Of a stretch of DNA of 64,000 nucleotides, positions 41,315-54,574 are shown piece by piece; position 1 is the first letter of the stretch, and every line of letters begins with the position of its first letter. Below the pieces are notes generated by a model, which saw only the letters and a list, made by a program, of their open reading frames with translations, was not told where the DNA came from and did no database searches. Made by a program: the position numbers and the translations under genes. Source of the DNA: Antedon mediterranea (Eukaryota > Animalia > Echinodermata); the NCBI RefSeq assembly GCF_964355755.1, contig NC_092674.1:21204001-21268000 (forward strand), given 5' to 3'.

Positions 41315-41386
41315 CGCCCCAACCGAGACTCGAACTCGGACCGCCTGCTTGATATGCGGATGTCCTAACCATTAGACCACTGGGGC
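41315..41386 (-). tRNA. tRNA-like gene, anticodon ATC (Asp); one mismatch in the anticodon stem
   Basis: 72 nt cloverleaf with A and B boxes, followed by a TTTTT terminator. Repeat-borne, so function is unknown. Confidence 0.45.
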
Positions 41387-41596
41387 TTTCATGGTATTGT
41401 TCGAACTCGATTGGATAGCGACTCTTTAACATTCTCGGCGTGGTACGGCGGAACAGCACTAGTCCTCAGTTGTACGCACGCGCACCAGAGATCAAATTGA
41501 TACGCCCTCATCTTACAGTATTTTTATTCACGAGGCGGGATCTCCGAAGAGATACTTTTATATATATAACTAACCATTAGACCACTGGGGCTTTAA

Positions 41597-42222
41597 AGCC
41601 CCATTCCCTACGTTTTTTAGATCTAATTTAAGATCACAAACTATATTTAATGTAAAAATTATATTATATGGTCCTATTGCGATAACTTTTTTCGTCTTTA
41701 AACTGTTAAAAATGTGAAAAATAAGTCGATTCTAATAATTATAGCGGCCCGCTATAAATCCCAAAATGCATTGCGCGCGGATTGATATTTTTGTTTTTCA
41801 CCTGTAATTCGCCCACTTTTCGATCGATCGTGAGGCCAAAACAAATGGAAGACTCCTAACTTTTCAGCGAAAATACCGGGTTTTCCCCAATTTGTATCAA
41901 TGGAGTCTGGCAAAAATAGAAAGACAATTAATGCAGCAACTATACAACGTCAGGCTAGGTATATAGCTAGCGTATGATGTTCGTACGTTACCGATGTTTA
42001 CCAGCTAGGCCTACAAAACTAAGCCTAGCTAGGCTAGGCCTAAGACCGTCCACGAGAGGTCGATCGCCGCGAGCTACCTAGGTAGTGCATTGTTTCTCAC
42101 TTTTTATCATAATTTACCATAAAACGTACATTTAAGACAAGGAATGACATGGTTTAATGTTTTTAAAGTGATATATATGTATTATTTTCCAAAAAACGTC
42201 CAAAATTGCAGGGAAGGGGTCT
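41597..42222. mobile_element. Kolobok-like MITE (TTAA TSD, AG..CT termini), 626 bp
   Basis: TTAA|AGCCCCATTCCC...GGGAAGGGGTCT|TTAA. Near-identical inverted copy at 50899-51524. Confidence 0.82.
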
Positions 42223-42513
42223 TTAATGGTATTGTTCGAACTCGATTGTATAGCGACTCTTTAACATTCTCGGCGTGGTACGGCGGAACAGCACTAGTCC
42301 TCAGTTGTACGCACGCGCACCAGAGATCAAATTGATACGCCCTTATCTTACAGTATTTTTATTCACGAGGCGGGATCTCCGAAGAGATACTTTTATATAT
42401 ATAAACAAATCAGGCAAAGAACATTAATTCTAAACCGCCCGGTGATATACTGAAATTTAATTAATTAATTTGAAACGATAAAGATGAGGAAATCTGTGAG
42501 AATGAGAAAAAGT

Positions 42514-42585
42514 CGCCCCAACCGAGACTCGAACTCGGACCGCCTGCTTGATATGCAGATGTCCTAACCATTAGACCACTCGGGC
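42514..42585 (-). tRNA. tRNA-like gene, anticodon ATC (Asp); one mismatch in the acceptor stem
   Basis: Same cloverleaf with 5' GCCCGAG. Confidence 0.45.
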
Positions 42586-43070
42586 TTTCATGGTATTGTT
42601 CGAACTCGATTGGATAGCGTCTCTTTAACATTCTCGGCGTGGTACGGCGGAACAGCACTAGTCCTCAGTTGTACGCACGCGCACCAGAGATCAAATTGAT
42701 ACGCCCTCATCTTACAGTATTTTTATTCACGAGTCTCATTCTCACAGATTTCCTCATCTTTATCGTTTCAAATTAATTAATTAAATTTCAGTATATCACC
42801 GGGTGGTTTAGAATTAATGTTCTTTGCCTGATTATAAACGGCGGAACAGCACTAGTCCTCAGTACTTTTATATATATAAACTGGTGATATACTGAAATTT
42901 AATTAATTAATTTGAAACGATAAAGATGAGGAAATCCGAAGAGATACTTTTATATATATAAACACAAGAGGAAAAGAACATTAATTCTAAACCGCCCGGT
43001 GATATACTGAAATTTAATTAATTAATTTGAAACGATAAAGATGAGAAAATCTGTGAGAATGAGAAAAAGT

Positions 43071-43142
43071 CGCCCCAACCGAGACTCGAACTCGGACCGC
43101 CTGCTTGATATGCAGATGTCCTAACCATTAGACCACTGGGGC
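43071..43142 (-). tRNA. tRNA-like gene, anticodon ATC (Asp); all stems paired
   Basis: GCCCCAG TG GTCT AATGGTTA GGAC A TCTGC ATATCAA GCAGG CGGT CCGAG TTCGAGT CTCGG TTGGGGC G, then ACTTTTT. Confidence 0.55.
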
Positions 43143-43977
43143 TTTCATGGTATTGTTCGAACTCGATTGGATAACGACTCTTTAACATTCTCGGCGTGGT
43201 ACGGCGGAACAGCACTAGTCCTCAGTTGTACGCACGCGCAACAGAGATCAAATTGATACGCCCTCATCTTTCAAAGCGATATGGATCTTGTTCTAATTCT
43301 TTTTTCCATATATGCCGTAGCAATCTTTCCTCAAGTATCCCTTCATTGTCAAGCTTATTCCAAAGAATCCTCAGTTGTTTCTATTTTCAAATAGGCCTAC
43401 AAAGATATGCATCTTAAATACAATAATTTACATAATCAAAAATATTAGCCTACAAATAACATTAAAAATACTATAAAAATATACAAATTACAACTGTTTA
43501 AAAAAAAATGCGTCTAAAGTTGTTTCTTAAAAGATTGAACATTAGAAACCTCACGAACACGATCAGGTATAGCAATGCAATAATCGTGGACCAGAACCGA
43601 AAATGACTTATCACCAAAATACCGCAGAGTTTTAGGAAATAAGTAAAGACGAGTAATATTATGTTTATATATAATAAACCTTGTACACCCCAGTAAAAAT
43701 GCGGAGTTGATCAGGAATTGTATAACCCGAGTCGTATCAGGGATGCAAAAATGCGGAAATGTAGGCCGGTGTAAATGATGTATAAAGGTACCCGTGTTTG
43801 TAATGTAATACGCTCAGCGTATCTTTAACCGTTTTGTTTCTACATATTCGCTCACTATAGTATTTAATTTACATACAATTAAGATAAGATTGATTTTGTT
43901 TATTCGCTTATTTAATAAATAAAACTTGGTTTTTAAACGGTATTAAATGGTTATTTGTAGATTCAATATTTGTCGCG

Positions 43978-44140
43978 TTGAGAGAACCGGCTGCTGGGCA
44001 GAGGAACTTTATGAATTTAAATCAATTAAAAACACTTTGACATTCATGTATAAAAAAGGTTAATATCACAAAATAAGAAAAGCAACATACATATTTAATC
44101 ATTTGTATTTACATCTTTGATTAATATAAAATCATTATGA

Positions 44141-44173
<33 letters not shown>

Positions 44174-45675
44174 ATGAATTGATGCAACAGCTCACTATCT
44201 TTGTCGGTTGGTTGGTCGGTTGGTCGATAAACATTAATTTTAAAACGCGACTGCAGCCATGTATAGGCCTATGGGCTTGTTAAATAACGTAAAATAAAAT
44301 GTAAACATTACAAAATAATTAATTAAACTCACAAAGTATACATTTTATTTATTTATTTATTCAAGATCCAACAGTGTAAAGAAAAACATTAATACAGGAT
44401 CGCCATGAAATATACATTTGATTTACACAAAAAAAAGAACAAGGAAAACAAATAGATTTATATATTATTAAAAATGACATTAAAAGCAGAATTATTAGGC
44501 CTACAACTAAAAATATCGATGTAAGGAAACATTTGAACTAAACTATTATATGAATGAGCAACCCGACAAAAAATACCGTTTTTAAAAACATTAACACGAG
44601 AAAACTGCAGCATTTTAAAAGATTATTAATCATAATCTTAATAATTATTACACGAAAATTAAATTTAGAGACAAATTTACAATTAAACTTTGAATTTAGG
44701 CATTTAAAAAGAAAAAATCATGTCGGTTCTTGGCAAGAATACTGGTCTTGAGAGAACCGGCTGCTGGGCAGAGGAACTTTGTGAATTTAAATCAGTTAAA
44801 AACACTTTGACATTCATGTATAAAAAAGGTTAATATCACAAAATAAGAAAAGAAACATACATATTTAATCATTTGTATTTACATCTTTGATTAATATAAA
44901 ATCATTATGAATGATGATGATGATGATGATGATGATTATGAATTGATGCAACAGCTCACTATCTTTGTCGGTTGGTTGGTCGGTTGGTCGATAAACATTA
45001 ATTTTAAAACGCGACTGCAGCCATGTATAGGCCTATGGGCTTGTTAAATAACGTAAAATAAAATGTAAACATTACAAAATAATTAATTAAACTCACAAAG
45101 TATACATTTTATTTATTTATTTATTCAAGATCCAACAGTGTAAGGAAAAACATTAATACAGGATCGCCATGAAATATACATTTGATTTACACAAAAAAAA
45201 AGAACAGGGAAAACAAATAGATTTATATATTATTAAAAATGACATTAAAAGCAGAATTATTAGCCCTACAACTAAAAATATCGATGTAAGGAAACATTTG
45301 AACTAAACTATTATATGAATGAGCAACCCGACAAAAAATACCGTTTTTACAAACATTGACACGAGAAAACTGCAGCATTTTAAAAGATTATTAATCATAA
45401 TCTTAATAATTATTACACGAAAATTAAATTTAAAGACAAATTTACAATTAAACTTTGAATTTAGGCATTTAAAAAGAACAAATCATGTCGGTTCTTGGCA
45501 AGAATACTGGTCTTGAGAGAACCGGCTGCTGGGCAGAGGAACTTTATGAATTTAATTCAGTTAAAAACACTTTGACATTCATGTATAAAAAAGGTCAATA
45601 TCACAAAATAAGAAAAGCAACATACATATTTAATCATTTGTATTTACATCTTTGATTAATATAAAATCATTATGA

Positions 45676-45738
<63 letters not shown>

Positions 45739-45748
45739 ATGAATTGAT
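43978..45748 (+). repeat. ~767 bp tandem repeat, ~2.3 copies, each with a (GAT)n tract
   Basis: TTGAGAGAACCGGCTGCTGGGCAGAGG at ~43978, 44748 and 45513. Duplicate short ORFs at 44554 and 45319. Confidence 0.92.
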
Positions 45749-45898
45749 ACTTACATATTTTTACACAATAAACGGTAATTATTTAAGGAAAAATTAATTT
45801 AGACATAATCATTTATTTTGTATTGTTTTACAAATGATTTTGGAAAATGATTATTCCATTTATTTTTTGCGAAATTGATTTTAGTTGGAGTACATCTG

Positions 45899-46747
45899 TC
45901 AAGGTATTTCTTGTTCATATCCAAACAGCAAAAAATCAAGTTTGTATTTTCTATAAATACTCTTCATATCTGAGCGTGGAATTTTAGCATAACCTTGTTT
46001 AATCTTAGCACGGTGCGAACTGTTTGTAAAATGTGTTCCTGTCGATTTAGGAAATCTTATATCACTTCCCACAAGTCTTAATATATAATTTGAATCGTCT
46101 TCGATATGTTCAAATCTACCAATAATGTCGTATTTAATATCACATGGAAAACATATCTGGTGCATATTCCTCCAATGAATATTATTAATGGACTCGGTAG
46201 AAACAATCATTCTTATAAATTCATTAAATGTCGGATCGTATTGTCCAGAAACATTTCCTGTTCTGAAATCTTGTAGAATTTGTTTACTTAATTGGCGTTG
46301 AAATGACAAATTGTAATCACTTTTATTCTTCGCCACTGCTTTGTCATTGAATGCTGATAAGAGTCTTGTTAACGGATTTCGCACGATCATAATTTTTGTA
46401 TAATTTGACAAAATGTATCTTTGTTTTGCGGGTGTAAACTGTGACAACTTTGGTACATGTTTCTTCCAGGCAGCACTCACATTCATCACGTTCATTTTCA
46501 AAACTTCTGTATAGCTCTTATATCCTGAAAGAACCAAAAATAGTTTACACCAACTGTCTGTTCCCGCCTTAGGTGTTTGACAATAGACAAGTTTATACTT
46601 TTCATTCACAAGCAAAATTGGAGTTTTTTCCATCTTTGGTAATTCCTTACGATGCCTATCACACTGTGCTTTTACATAATCTGTGCGGTTTTTGTGCAAA
46701 GCGGTGTACCTATCTATAACACTTTGAGCAATCAGTCTGTATGACGG
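45899..46747 (-). CDS. Carbohydrate sulfotransferase (Sulfotransfer_2, CHST8-14/HNK-1ST family), catalytic exon
   Basis: 5'-PSB YCQTPKAGTDSW, 3'-PB IVRNPLTRLLSAF, HW..C.PC..YD.IG.FE, terminal YKLDFLLFGY. Acceptor TTTTGTTTTACAG|, phase 0. Confidence 0.92.
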   Translation of the reverse strand, partial: PSYRLIAQSVIDRYTALHKNRTDYVKAQCDRHRKELPKMEKTPILLVNEKYKLVYCQTPKAGTDSWCKLFLVLSGYKSYTEVLKMNVMNVSAAWKKHVPKLSQFTPAKQRYILSNYTKIMIVRNPLTRLLSAFNDKAVAKNKSDYNLSFQRQLSKQILQDFRTGNVSGQYDPTFNEFIRMIVSTESINNIHWRNMHQICFPCDIKYDIIGRFEHIEDDSNYILRLVGSDIRFPKSTGTHFTNSSHRAKIKQGYAKIPRSDMKSIYRKYKLDFLLFGYEQEIP

Positions 46748-47506
46748 CTGTAAAACAAAATAATTAATTTGTTTAGGCCTAAGTTTAACATTTTTATATA
46801 AAAATTGAAACGACCCAACGATAATATTTGTTGGAATAATCAGTATCAGCATTCCGTAGTGAGTGGTATGTTTCACAGTAATTTTCTAAACTATATACGT
46901 TCTTACGCTACCGACGTATGGTATATCCATATTTAAATGGACTTCTGTAATACTTTCACCATAGAGGCGTACGTACGATCTACTCGTGTCTTTTTTGAGT
47001 AAAATTCAAATAAACTGATATTTGTTCAATGTTTTATATATCGTTTTATTCTATGTAGCACGTGATGCATCCTACCAACGTAAATCAAAGTCGCAAAAAG
47101 TTATGATATTTCTGTAAATTTCAATTTTAATGGTGAACCAGCCATCTTTTTAGACTTAATTCAAGTAACGTACAACATTGGAATTGTCACATCTGACAAC
47201 AATCATAATTAATATTGTCGAGGCACAGCGCTTACCGAGGTACTTGCATCAAAGAATACATTATTATGTTCGAATAATTAATGTTGGAACAAAGTAGGCT
47301 ATCACATGTCATATTCATATTGATTAACTCTTGTAAATAAAGGTAAAAATAACAACAAATAAAATGATGAGCGAGTTGTGCGCGGCTTATCTAATCTTCC
47401 AATGTTGTAACCCTACGATATAGTGTTACCCACGAAGCAATATAACCCAACTATATGCATTATATTTAGGGAAATACGGTAATATTGTATCTTGGTAAGA
47501 CCTTAC

Positions 47507-47538
47507 CTTTCCTGACGACTGCCTTCCTACGACAGCTT
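47507..47538 (-). CDS. Sulfotransferase 32 nt micro-exon (stem region, EAVVGRQSSGK)
   Basis: TTTATTCATAG|..AAAG|GTAAGG. Converts phase 1 to phase 0 as needed to join the flanking exons. Confidence 0.7.
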
Positions 47539-47903
47539 CTATGAATAAAAATAATTTCTTAATTGCTGCCAGTTGGCCTATATAATAATCATTATATATA
47601 ATGTATACTATTTTAATCAAAATTATGTTTTATTTTTTAAAGAACACTTAAAAACAACCAAACACATCAAGTAAATATGAATGTATGTAAAAAATATTTC
47701 AACAAACAATTTTTCTGTGCTGATCTAACAATGGCGTTTTCTGTTTGTCTGTCGACACACTACCCATTCTGTTCTCAATAGTAACTCAATAAAAAGATAA
47801 ATGGTTTGTAAACGATCCGTTTTTTTGTACTGCAGCTGCCAGATGTCTTTATTGTTACGGTGCACAATCATCGACAAACAGTAAACTAAAATCATATACT
47901 GAC

Positions 47904-47991
47904 CTGTATAAGGATACCAAATCATGATAGAATAGGTAAGAACCGCGAAGGTAGCGAATCCAAAAACTAAGCTTGCTGATATTCTAGCCAT
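47904..47991 (-). CDS. Sulfotransferase first coding exon (type II membrane anchor)
   Basis: MARISASLVFGFATFAVLTYSIMIWYPYT. Donor G|GTCAGT. An upstream acceptor at 48016 implies a 5' UTR intron. Spliced product is 322 aa. Confidence 0.78.
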
Positions 47992-48929
47992 GAGACCCGA
48001 ACCTACCAATTACATCTGAAATAAAGAATAATGACCGTAAGACAATTAAGAATTCATAATATAGAAAGATGAGAGCAAAAGACAAACATATATTTAGGGA
48101 CTACAAATCTGAAAAGATCTTTATAAATCAATTTAGGGGGAGTGGAATGTCAGGGCTTGTCAACAACAAGCCAAATATCCTAATTAATCAGAACTAAATC
48201 AGATAGATGCAAGATCTTGGTGTCTAAATAACCTACATGTTGACACTTCAGTTTTTGCCTTGTATTGAAATAATACACAAACAGGAGGTAATCGTTATTT
48301 TTTGTGTGTAGTCGTGTTCATAACGTCCGGTTTCTGTCTTGAAATGTGCCGAATTCTACTACTTTACGAGTGTAATTTGAGGTATTGAGTTACTTAGAGC
48401 TGCTAATTCCACCATAGAGATATTATAGTTCACTATAATATCTCTATGATTCCACAAGCCTCAATACAGTCAAAAACCTTTATATTACAACGTTTTAGAA
48501 ACGTGGGTCACGTAGAACTTAGAAGACAGAAACAAAAAAACAACTTCCGCCTACAATGCATGAGAAGAATTATGTTTACATACAATGATATTAATTATTA
48601 TAATTTAAGCCACCATGATACAGATCTTTTCATCCCTAAGCCAAAAACCGATTTAAAGTCTGTTTAATTGTGGAGCAGTCACATGAATATTTGAATAATA
48701 CTTGAATAAATAAGTTGATTGAAATTCAGCCTAGCTACAGTGTTATTATTATTATTATTACATTTATTTACCCGGGGTAGACCAAACAGTTGGTTTCCAT
48801 TTGGGCCCTGAATTACGTTATTTGAAGGTAACGTAGCTCCTCTCATTTTGAACACAGTATGGTCTTAATTGTACTTAATGCATTGTATCATACAAATTGG
48901 ATTTTAAAACACTTACAGAAGTCTCGGTT

Positions 48930-49520
48930 CTTAAGTCAATATGCAACTTGTTTCATATATTTGTCCGACTTACACAAAACTCGTGAGGTAACTTTCTTTT
49001 TTCGCAAAAGGGACCTTCAACTTCATAACTATTGACTGCCTTGTTTCACGAGTTTGAGGTAATGGAGGTGCCAGATTGTTGAAACATTAAAAAACGAGTT
49101 ATGGCCTTTTTTTTTATTTGTAACTCTTTCGGAAAACGGGAGCCAGTTCAAATTTGAAAACATATCAGATGATGGGGTAAGAAAATCACACTTTAATATT
49201 ATTCTAGCTGCTCTTTTCATGCATTTGTTAAGCCAAGTATTGTGGGATATGTACCAACCTCCCCATACTGTACAGCAGTAGTCCAACGATGGCCTAACTA
49301 AACTTACATAGAGTGTGTTTAGACTGCGTTGGGGAGACAGCCCTGTCTCTGCTTAACATACCCAGTTTAGATGAAACTGTTTTCCTAACATGTGGCGTCC
49401 AACTTAATGTCTCATCAATAATTACCCCTAGGCATTTACAATTCGCTTCGTTTCTCTTACAATTACAGTGGTATAAGCTTTCTTTTAGCTGTTCTTTATT
49501 TGTTTGTTTCCGTGCAAAAA
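48930..49520 (-). pseudogene. Decayed CR1/L2-type LINE ORF2 C-terminal fragment
   Basis: KCLGVIIDETLSWTPH and DYCCTVWG..KRAARIIL..LNWL in different frames. Confidence 0.75.
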
Positions 49521-50898
49521 TACAATGTTTGAATTGTATTGGCTGTAGGCAATACAAAACATATGTTAGACGGTGGAGTCGTTCTCTTCAGAAGGAATTG
49601 GATGTTACATTACGTTCCTTGATCCAATGCGCTGCCGAGCAGGAGGGTCGTATACAGTGGCGGATATAGAGGGAGTGCACCCTCCGCACGCCCCTATAAA
49701 TCTGGAGAAGAAGAAAAATTATCCTACTTTAAGGAGGAAAAAAATGGGAAAAAAGCGTAAAAAAGAGTAAAGTACTTTCACTTTGATTAAAACAAAATGT
49801 TTCAGTGCCGTGCTAATTCAATTTTTATCAGAGGTCACCTAAGAGTTGCGAAATGAATTGCCTTTCTTTTTTTTTCACCTGAAAAATAAACGTCCCTGGA
49901 TGTAACATGATATTTAGTCCGGTGGCAGGAGGGGGTATATCACCACCCGAAAGGGGACAAATTGCCATCCAACTTTTCTAGACCAGAATTTTCCGTAGAT
50001 TACGAATATGGAAGGTAATCGATCAGGATAGGAAGCGTTTTCGAGATATAAGGGGTCAAAGTTCAAAATTGACCAATTCTGGAAATTCTGGTAAATAATT
50101 GATGCGTGTATCATACACTTACTAGGGGCACGAACGATTCCTACAAACGACACCGTCAACAACCGCCTGTAGGCCTATGCCTACCTATTGTATTAGATCG
50201 CTGGCAGTCAGCAAGCATAAATAAAAGTATACGTCTAAAATGGAACGTCGTAGTTACCTACAGATCATTATCATAGAGGATATGTAAATAAACATATAGT
50301 AGTATACATAATAGAAACCGGTTTTCTTTTCTAAGCCACTCACCCAACTGTATCAATACCTATTTACATTTATATATTTAATTTATTTTTTCGGGGCTTC
50401 CCCTAGATGTAAGTTCGCTTTGAACTTGAAGCAATCAAAACTAAATACTGAGTGAATAAAAACGGCAACAAAATGTTATATCGTCCTGTAATTGAAAAAA
50501 CGTACGTGTGTTTATTGGAGGGAAAAAGTATGATGATTTATCATGAATTTTATGTCCGAGAGTACCATTTCCAGCCATCTGGGGCGTCATTTAAAGATTG
50601 TTGTCCCCCGGAAAAAATAATTCTTAAAACATTTTTTGTTGAATATTCCATATTAATGTAACATAATAGTTATCCACTTTGACCAAAAATTGGATCGAAA
50701 AAAAATGTATTTACCTGAAAAAAAACGTGATTTAAAACATGGTCAAATTGGCTGCCAGCCAATGGATTTTTGGTTGAATTTAATCATTTATTTTGTCATT
50801 TTATAAGTGCAAACATTCAAAAACTGGACCATGCATGGTCTTGTCGTTCATTGATTGTTTTGTGATGTAATTAATGGTAATTAGTAACCATATGTTAA

Positions 50899-51524
50899 AG
50901 ACCCCTTCCCTGCAATTTTGGACGTTTTTTGGAAAATAATACATATATATCACTTTAAAAACATTAAACCATGTCATTCCTTGTCTTAAATGTACGTTTT
51001 ATGGTAAATTATGATAAAAAGTGAGAAACAATGCACTACCTAAGTAGCTCGCGGCGATCGACCTCTCGTGGACGGTCTTAGGCCTAGCCTAGCTAGGCTT
51101 AGTTTTGTAGGCCTAGCTGGTAAACATCGGTAACGTACGAACATCGTACGCTACCTATATACCTAGCCTGACGTTGTATAGTTGCTGCATTAATTGTCTT
51201 TCTATTTTTGCCAGACTCCGTTGATACAAATTGGGGAAAACCCGGTATTTTCGCTGAAAAGTTAGGAGTCTTCCATTTGTTTTGGCCTCACGATCGATCG
51301 AAAAGTGGGCGAATTACAGGTGAAAAACAAAAATATCAATCCGCGCGCAATGCATTTTGGGATTTATAGCGGGCCGCTATAATTATTAGAATCGACTTAT
51401 TTTTCACATTTTTAACCGTTTAAAGACGAAAAAAGTTATCGCAATAGGATCATATAGTATTATTTTTACATTAAATATAGTTTGTGATCTTAAATTAGAT
51501 CTAAAAAACGTAAGGAATGGGGCT
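50899..51524. mobile_element. Kolobok-like MITE, second copy
   Basis: TTAA|AGACCCCTTCCC...GGAATGGGGCT|TTAA. Absent at the homologous site near 790. Confidence 0.82.
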
Positions 51525-52174
51525 TTAAGGTTCGTTTGCAAACAAATATTGCAAAGAAGCTGATTTTAACGGATTTTGTGTAGGTATGGGTATACAGATA
51601 TACCAAAAAAATGTAAGGAAGGATGGGGGGTGGGGACATTTTGGGGGGTCATTGACCTCATTTTATAATGCTAAAAATTGTATCTTCTCAACAAAATATG
51701 GTATATGGTTGAGATTGGTGTCGAAATGCACACAATTATGCCAGGAATTAAACAAAATTGGACCCTTATGACCATATCTTGACATTCAAAAATCAGGTCA
51801 AAGGTCAATATACTAAATTTTTTTTTGGTTTAACACATACTTATAATGTACTATCAAGTCAAATGTTACATTATAAAGTGCATGTCAACTGATTTGTGTA
51901 GGGGTATGGATATACAGATGTACCAAAAACAAGTAAGGAGAAATAGGGGATGGGAAAACTTCTTTTTTTTCGTGTTAAGGTCATTGACCTTCTTTAAAAA
52001 TACTAAAAATTGTATCTTCGCAACAATGTATGATAAAGGTTGATCTTGGTGTCAAAATGCACAGAGCTATACTAGAAATAAAAACAAATAAAATTGGTCC
52101 ACTATGACTATATCTTCACCGTTAAAAATGAGGTCAAAGGTTAATATACCCATTTTTGTGTAAAAATTAGGATA

Positions 52175-52839
52175 GTCAATCAGTGCCCACAGAAAACCCG
52201 AATGCAGAAGCACATGACAATCCTGCCTTAGTACAGCTGAATTTCAGTTCTTGACTTGATTTGCAGTTGCAGCATATTCCTTTTAAAAGAGCATCTGGTG
52301 TGATACTCCATGTATCATTTTCAACCTTAGATTTCCGTTACTATCTAGATCCCATCATCTTTCCAACAGGCTCAAGAACGGATGGTGTCAGAAGTTTCCG
52401 GAATACAACTTGTAGATGAACCCGAAAAAAAATGCTGTGTAGCTGCATTTTCTGTTGGTGGTAGACGGTCTGGGTCAATTTCATCCTTTGCTGCTTGGTT
52501 TTGAAACTTTTCATAACGAGCCTTTTCAAGAAGTGTCTTTTTGCTTCCATATGTAACCTGCATTGCTATTAACCCTGCTGTTTGAATGGTGTTATCAGTC
52601 GACTGCATATTTGTAAATGTAGTGTAGACAGTATTTGGAAACTTACATTTATAGATTTCACATTTGGTGTGGCCATAAATGCAAGAAACCGTGTCGTTTA
52701 CTGACCAACCATACTTAAACAGAAACTCTTTCTTGTCACCTATAACTATTTTAGATATATCATAGAGGCCATCATCATCTCCGTCATCTTCTGCTTGATA
52801 CACACAGATATTGTGATGCATAAGCTCAGTAGTTATCAT
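52175..52839 (-). pseudogene. Decayed Academ-like transposase remnant, copy 2
   Basis: ORF 52372-52839 (IDPDRLPPTENAATQHFF) frameshifts into RVHLQV. Candidate TAGTCC terminus at 49915; the other terminus was not found. Confidence 0.5.
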
Positions 52840-54574
52840 CTTGATTAGTCAAGATAATTGTTTTCATTTGCTAGAAAGACCTCACTGTCGCAAGAAATGA
52901 TCAATTCTGGTGTTATTCGTAGTGTCTGCGAAACCTTTTTAGCTCTGCCATTATTTTGGTTAATATATGGTTACTAAATAGATTATTAAAATTTGTAGTA
53001 CTACCAATCAAACCAGCTATACCTCTTAACACTACTACTTTTTAACAGAGAGTTCGTCTTAACAGTAATTATTGTGTGAAACCATATGTGTTCTCATTGA
53101 GTGGGGAGTGGTCTATCATACGGTTTGCCTATTAATCTATTGCGTACCATATTTGTTCACATGCCCGCAATTCTATTTTGTTATAATGTGCTATGCCTAT
53201 AAAACACAAACGAAACTGAAGGTACGGAAACAGGAATACTGCTATATGTAGCTTAAGTCAGAAAAGCTTTATAAAATAACATTTCATTTAATCTCAAGCA
53301 AAATTAAGACGATAAAGCCGCCAAGCCTATCAGATTACTTACCAACCTTCTTGTACAGAAATCGAATCAGCAGCAAGCTTACTCATGAAAATGATGCCAT
53401 AAACAATCATTCGAGTTGTTTATAAAAGTACTCCCAGTTCTAGACTTGCCCCAAGGCTTTTCGGTGATTGTCTGAACCTGAAATCGGGCCTGAAATACAG
53501 ACTTGTAAGACCCGTATAGAAATCGATTTGCAGCCCGCAAACATCAGATAAGAATGACATAGATTAACATATACCATATTTGGCTAAATGAGGCGAGCCG
53601 ATGTAAATAATATTGATTTCGAATCAACCAATGATTAAACGGATGTAATTTTGGTTTCAAAAAGAGTACTTTCGATCGAGTCGAGTAAGACTTTTAAACT
53701 GAAACAACAATTTTCGAAATATAAATTGTGAAAGGTATTATAAAAGTGTTACCAAGTGGTTGTGTTGTTTGTTACAATAACTAGTCTAGACCCACACGCC
53801 TACGGTCGTACTCCTCGTATGTATATGAACGAACCGGCAACTAAAACGTCAACCTTATAGGCACTATTTATACATGCCACCGCCGGCATTAATTACAACG
53901 CAGGGCAGGATGGATCTGCCTGGGCGGGAATTAATGATAAAAATATCCAGTTTTCCTTTTCTCCGTAAACTGTATACCAGACAGGCGTAAAAAACATTTC
54001 CATATCTAGCATTCACGACAACTCATCTCATCATCATTTCGCAAAGAAACGACATGAAGTGTACATAACGTAATATAGCGCATTCGCTTCATCTTAGTTG
54101 TTCAATTTTTGAAATTTCCAAAAATGCATATTCAAAAATCAACAAAAATAAACAATATTACAGATCTCCCAACTTGTGAGATTTTCTGAAAACTATAGAG
54201 GGCGCAATAATATTTTAAAATACATCAAACCATAGAGGGCACTATTCAAAAATTGTAACGATATTGGCATCTAACAGTAAACATGGTATGTCAGGCGTGC
54301 CAAAAGCGGAAAATGTGATGCAACTCAGTTCGCTCATTATACAGTATTAGGACGCACGAATTCATTTATAACATTTTACGGACCGATGATAGTACAGTAT
54401 CCTACTCTCTTGTTTCTATCTATAGATAGAACAAATTTCAAACAGTCAATCAATTTATTTAAAACGATATGATGAGGAAATCAAGATGAAGAAGTCTGTG
54501 AGAAGGAGAAAAACCTAGATATGTCCTAACCATTTAGACCACTGGGGCTTTCATAGTATTTTAAAAACGCCGTG

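Larger units (their letters stand above)
40845..43270. repeat. Cluster of a ~350 bp tRNA-containing repeat unit (one + copy, several - copies, rearranged pieces) around a (TA)n tract at ~41150-41203
   Basis: Unit is ~170 bp conserved leader, tRNA-like gene and AT-rich trailer, bounded by TATATA. Diverged copies at ~38025-38350 and ~54435-57950 (interrupted). Confidence 0.8.

Noticed and set aside
41262-43215. Repeated 65 aa ORF (MLFRRTTPRM..) as a peptide family
   Set aside because: It is a translation through the tRNA-like repeat with a non-ATG start, and the frame is not kept in diverged copies.
49655-49700. hAT-like terminus CAGTGGCGGAT
   Set aside because: No partner TIR or 8 bp TSD found in the window.
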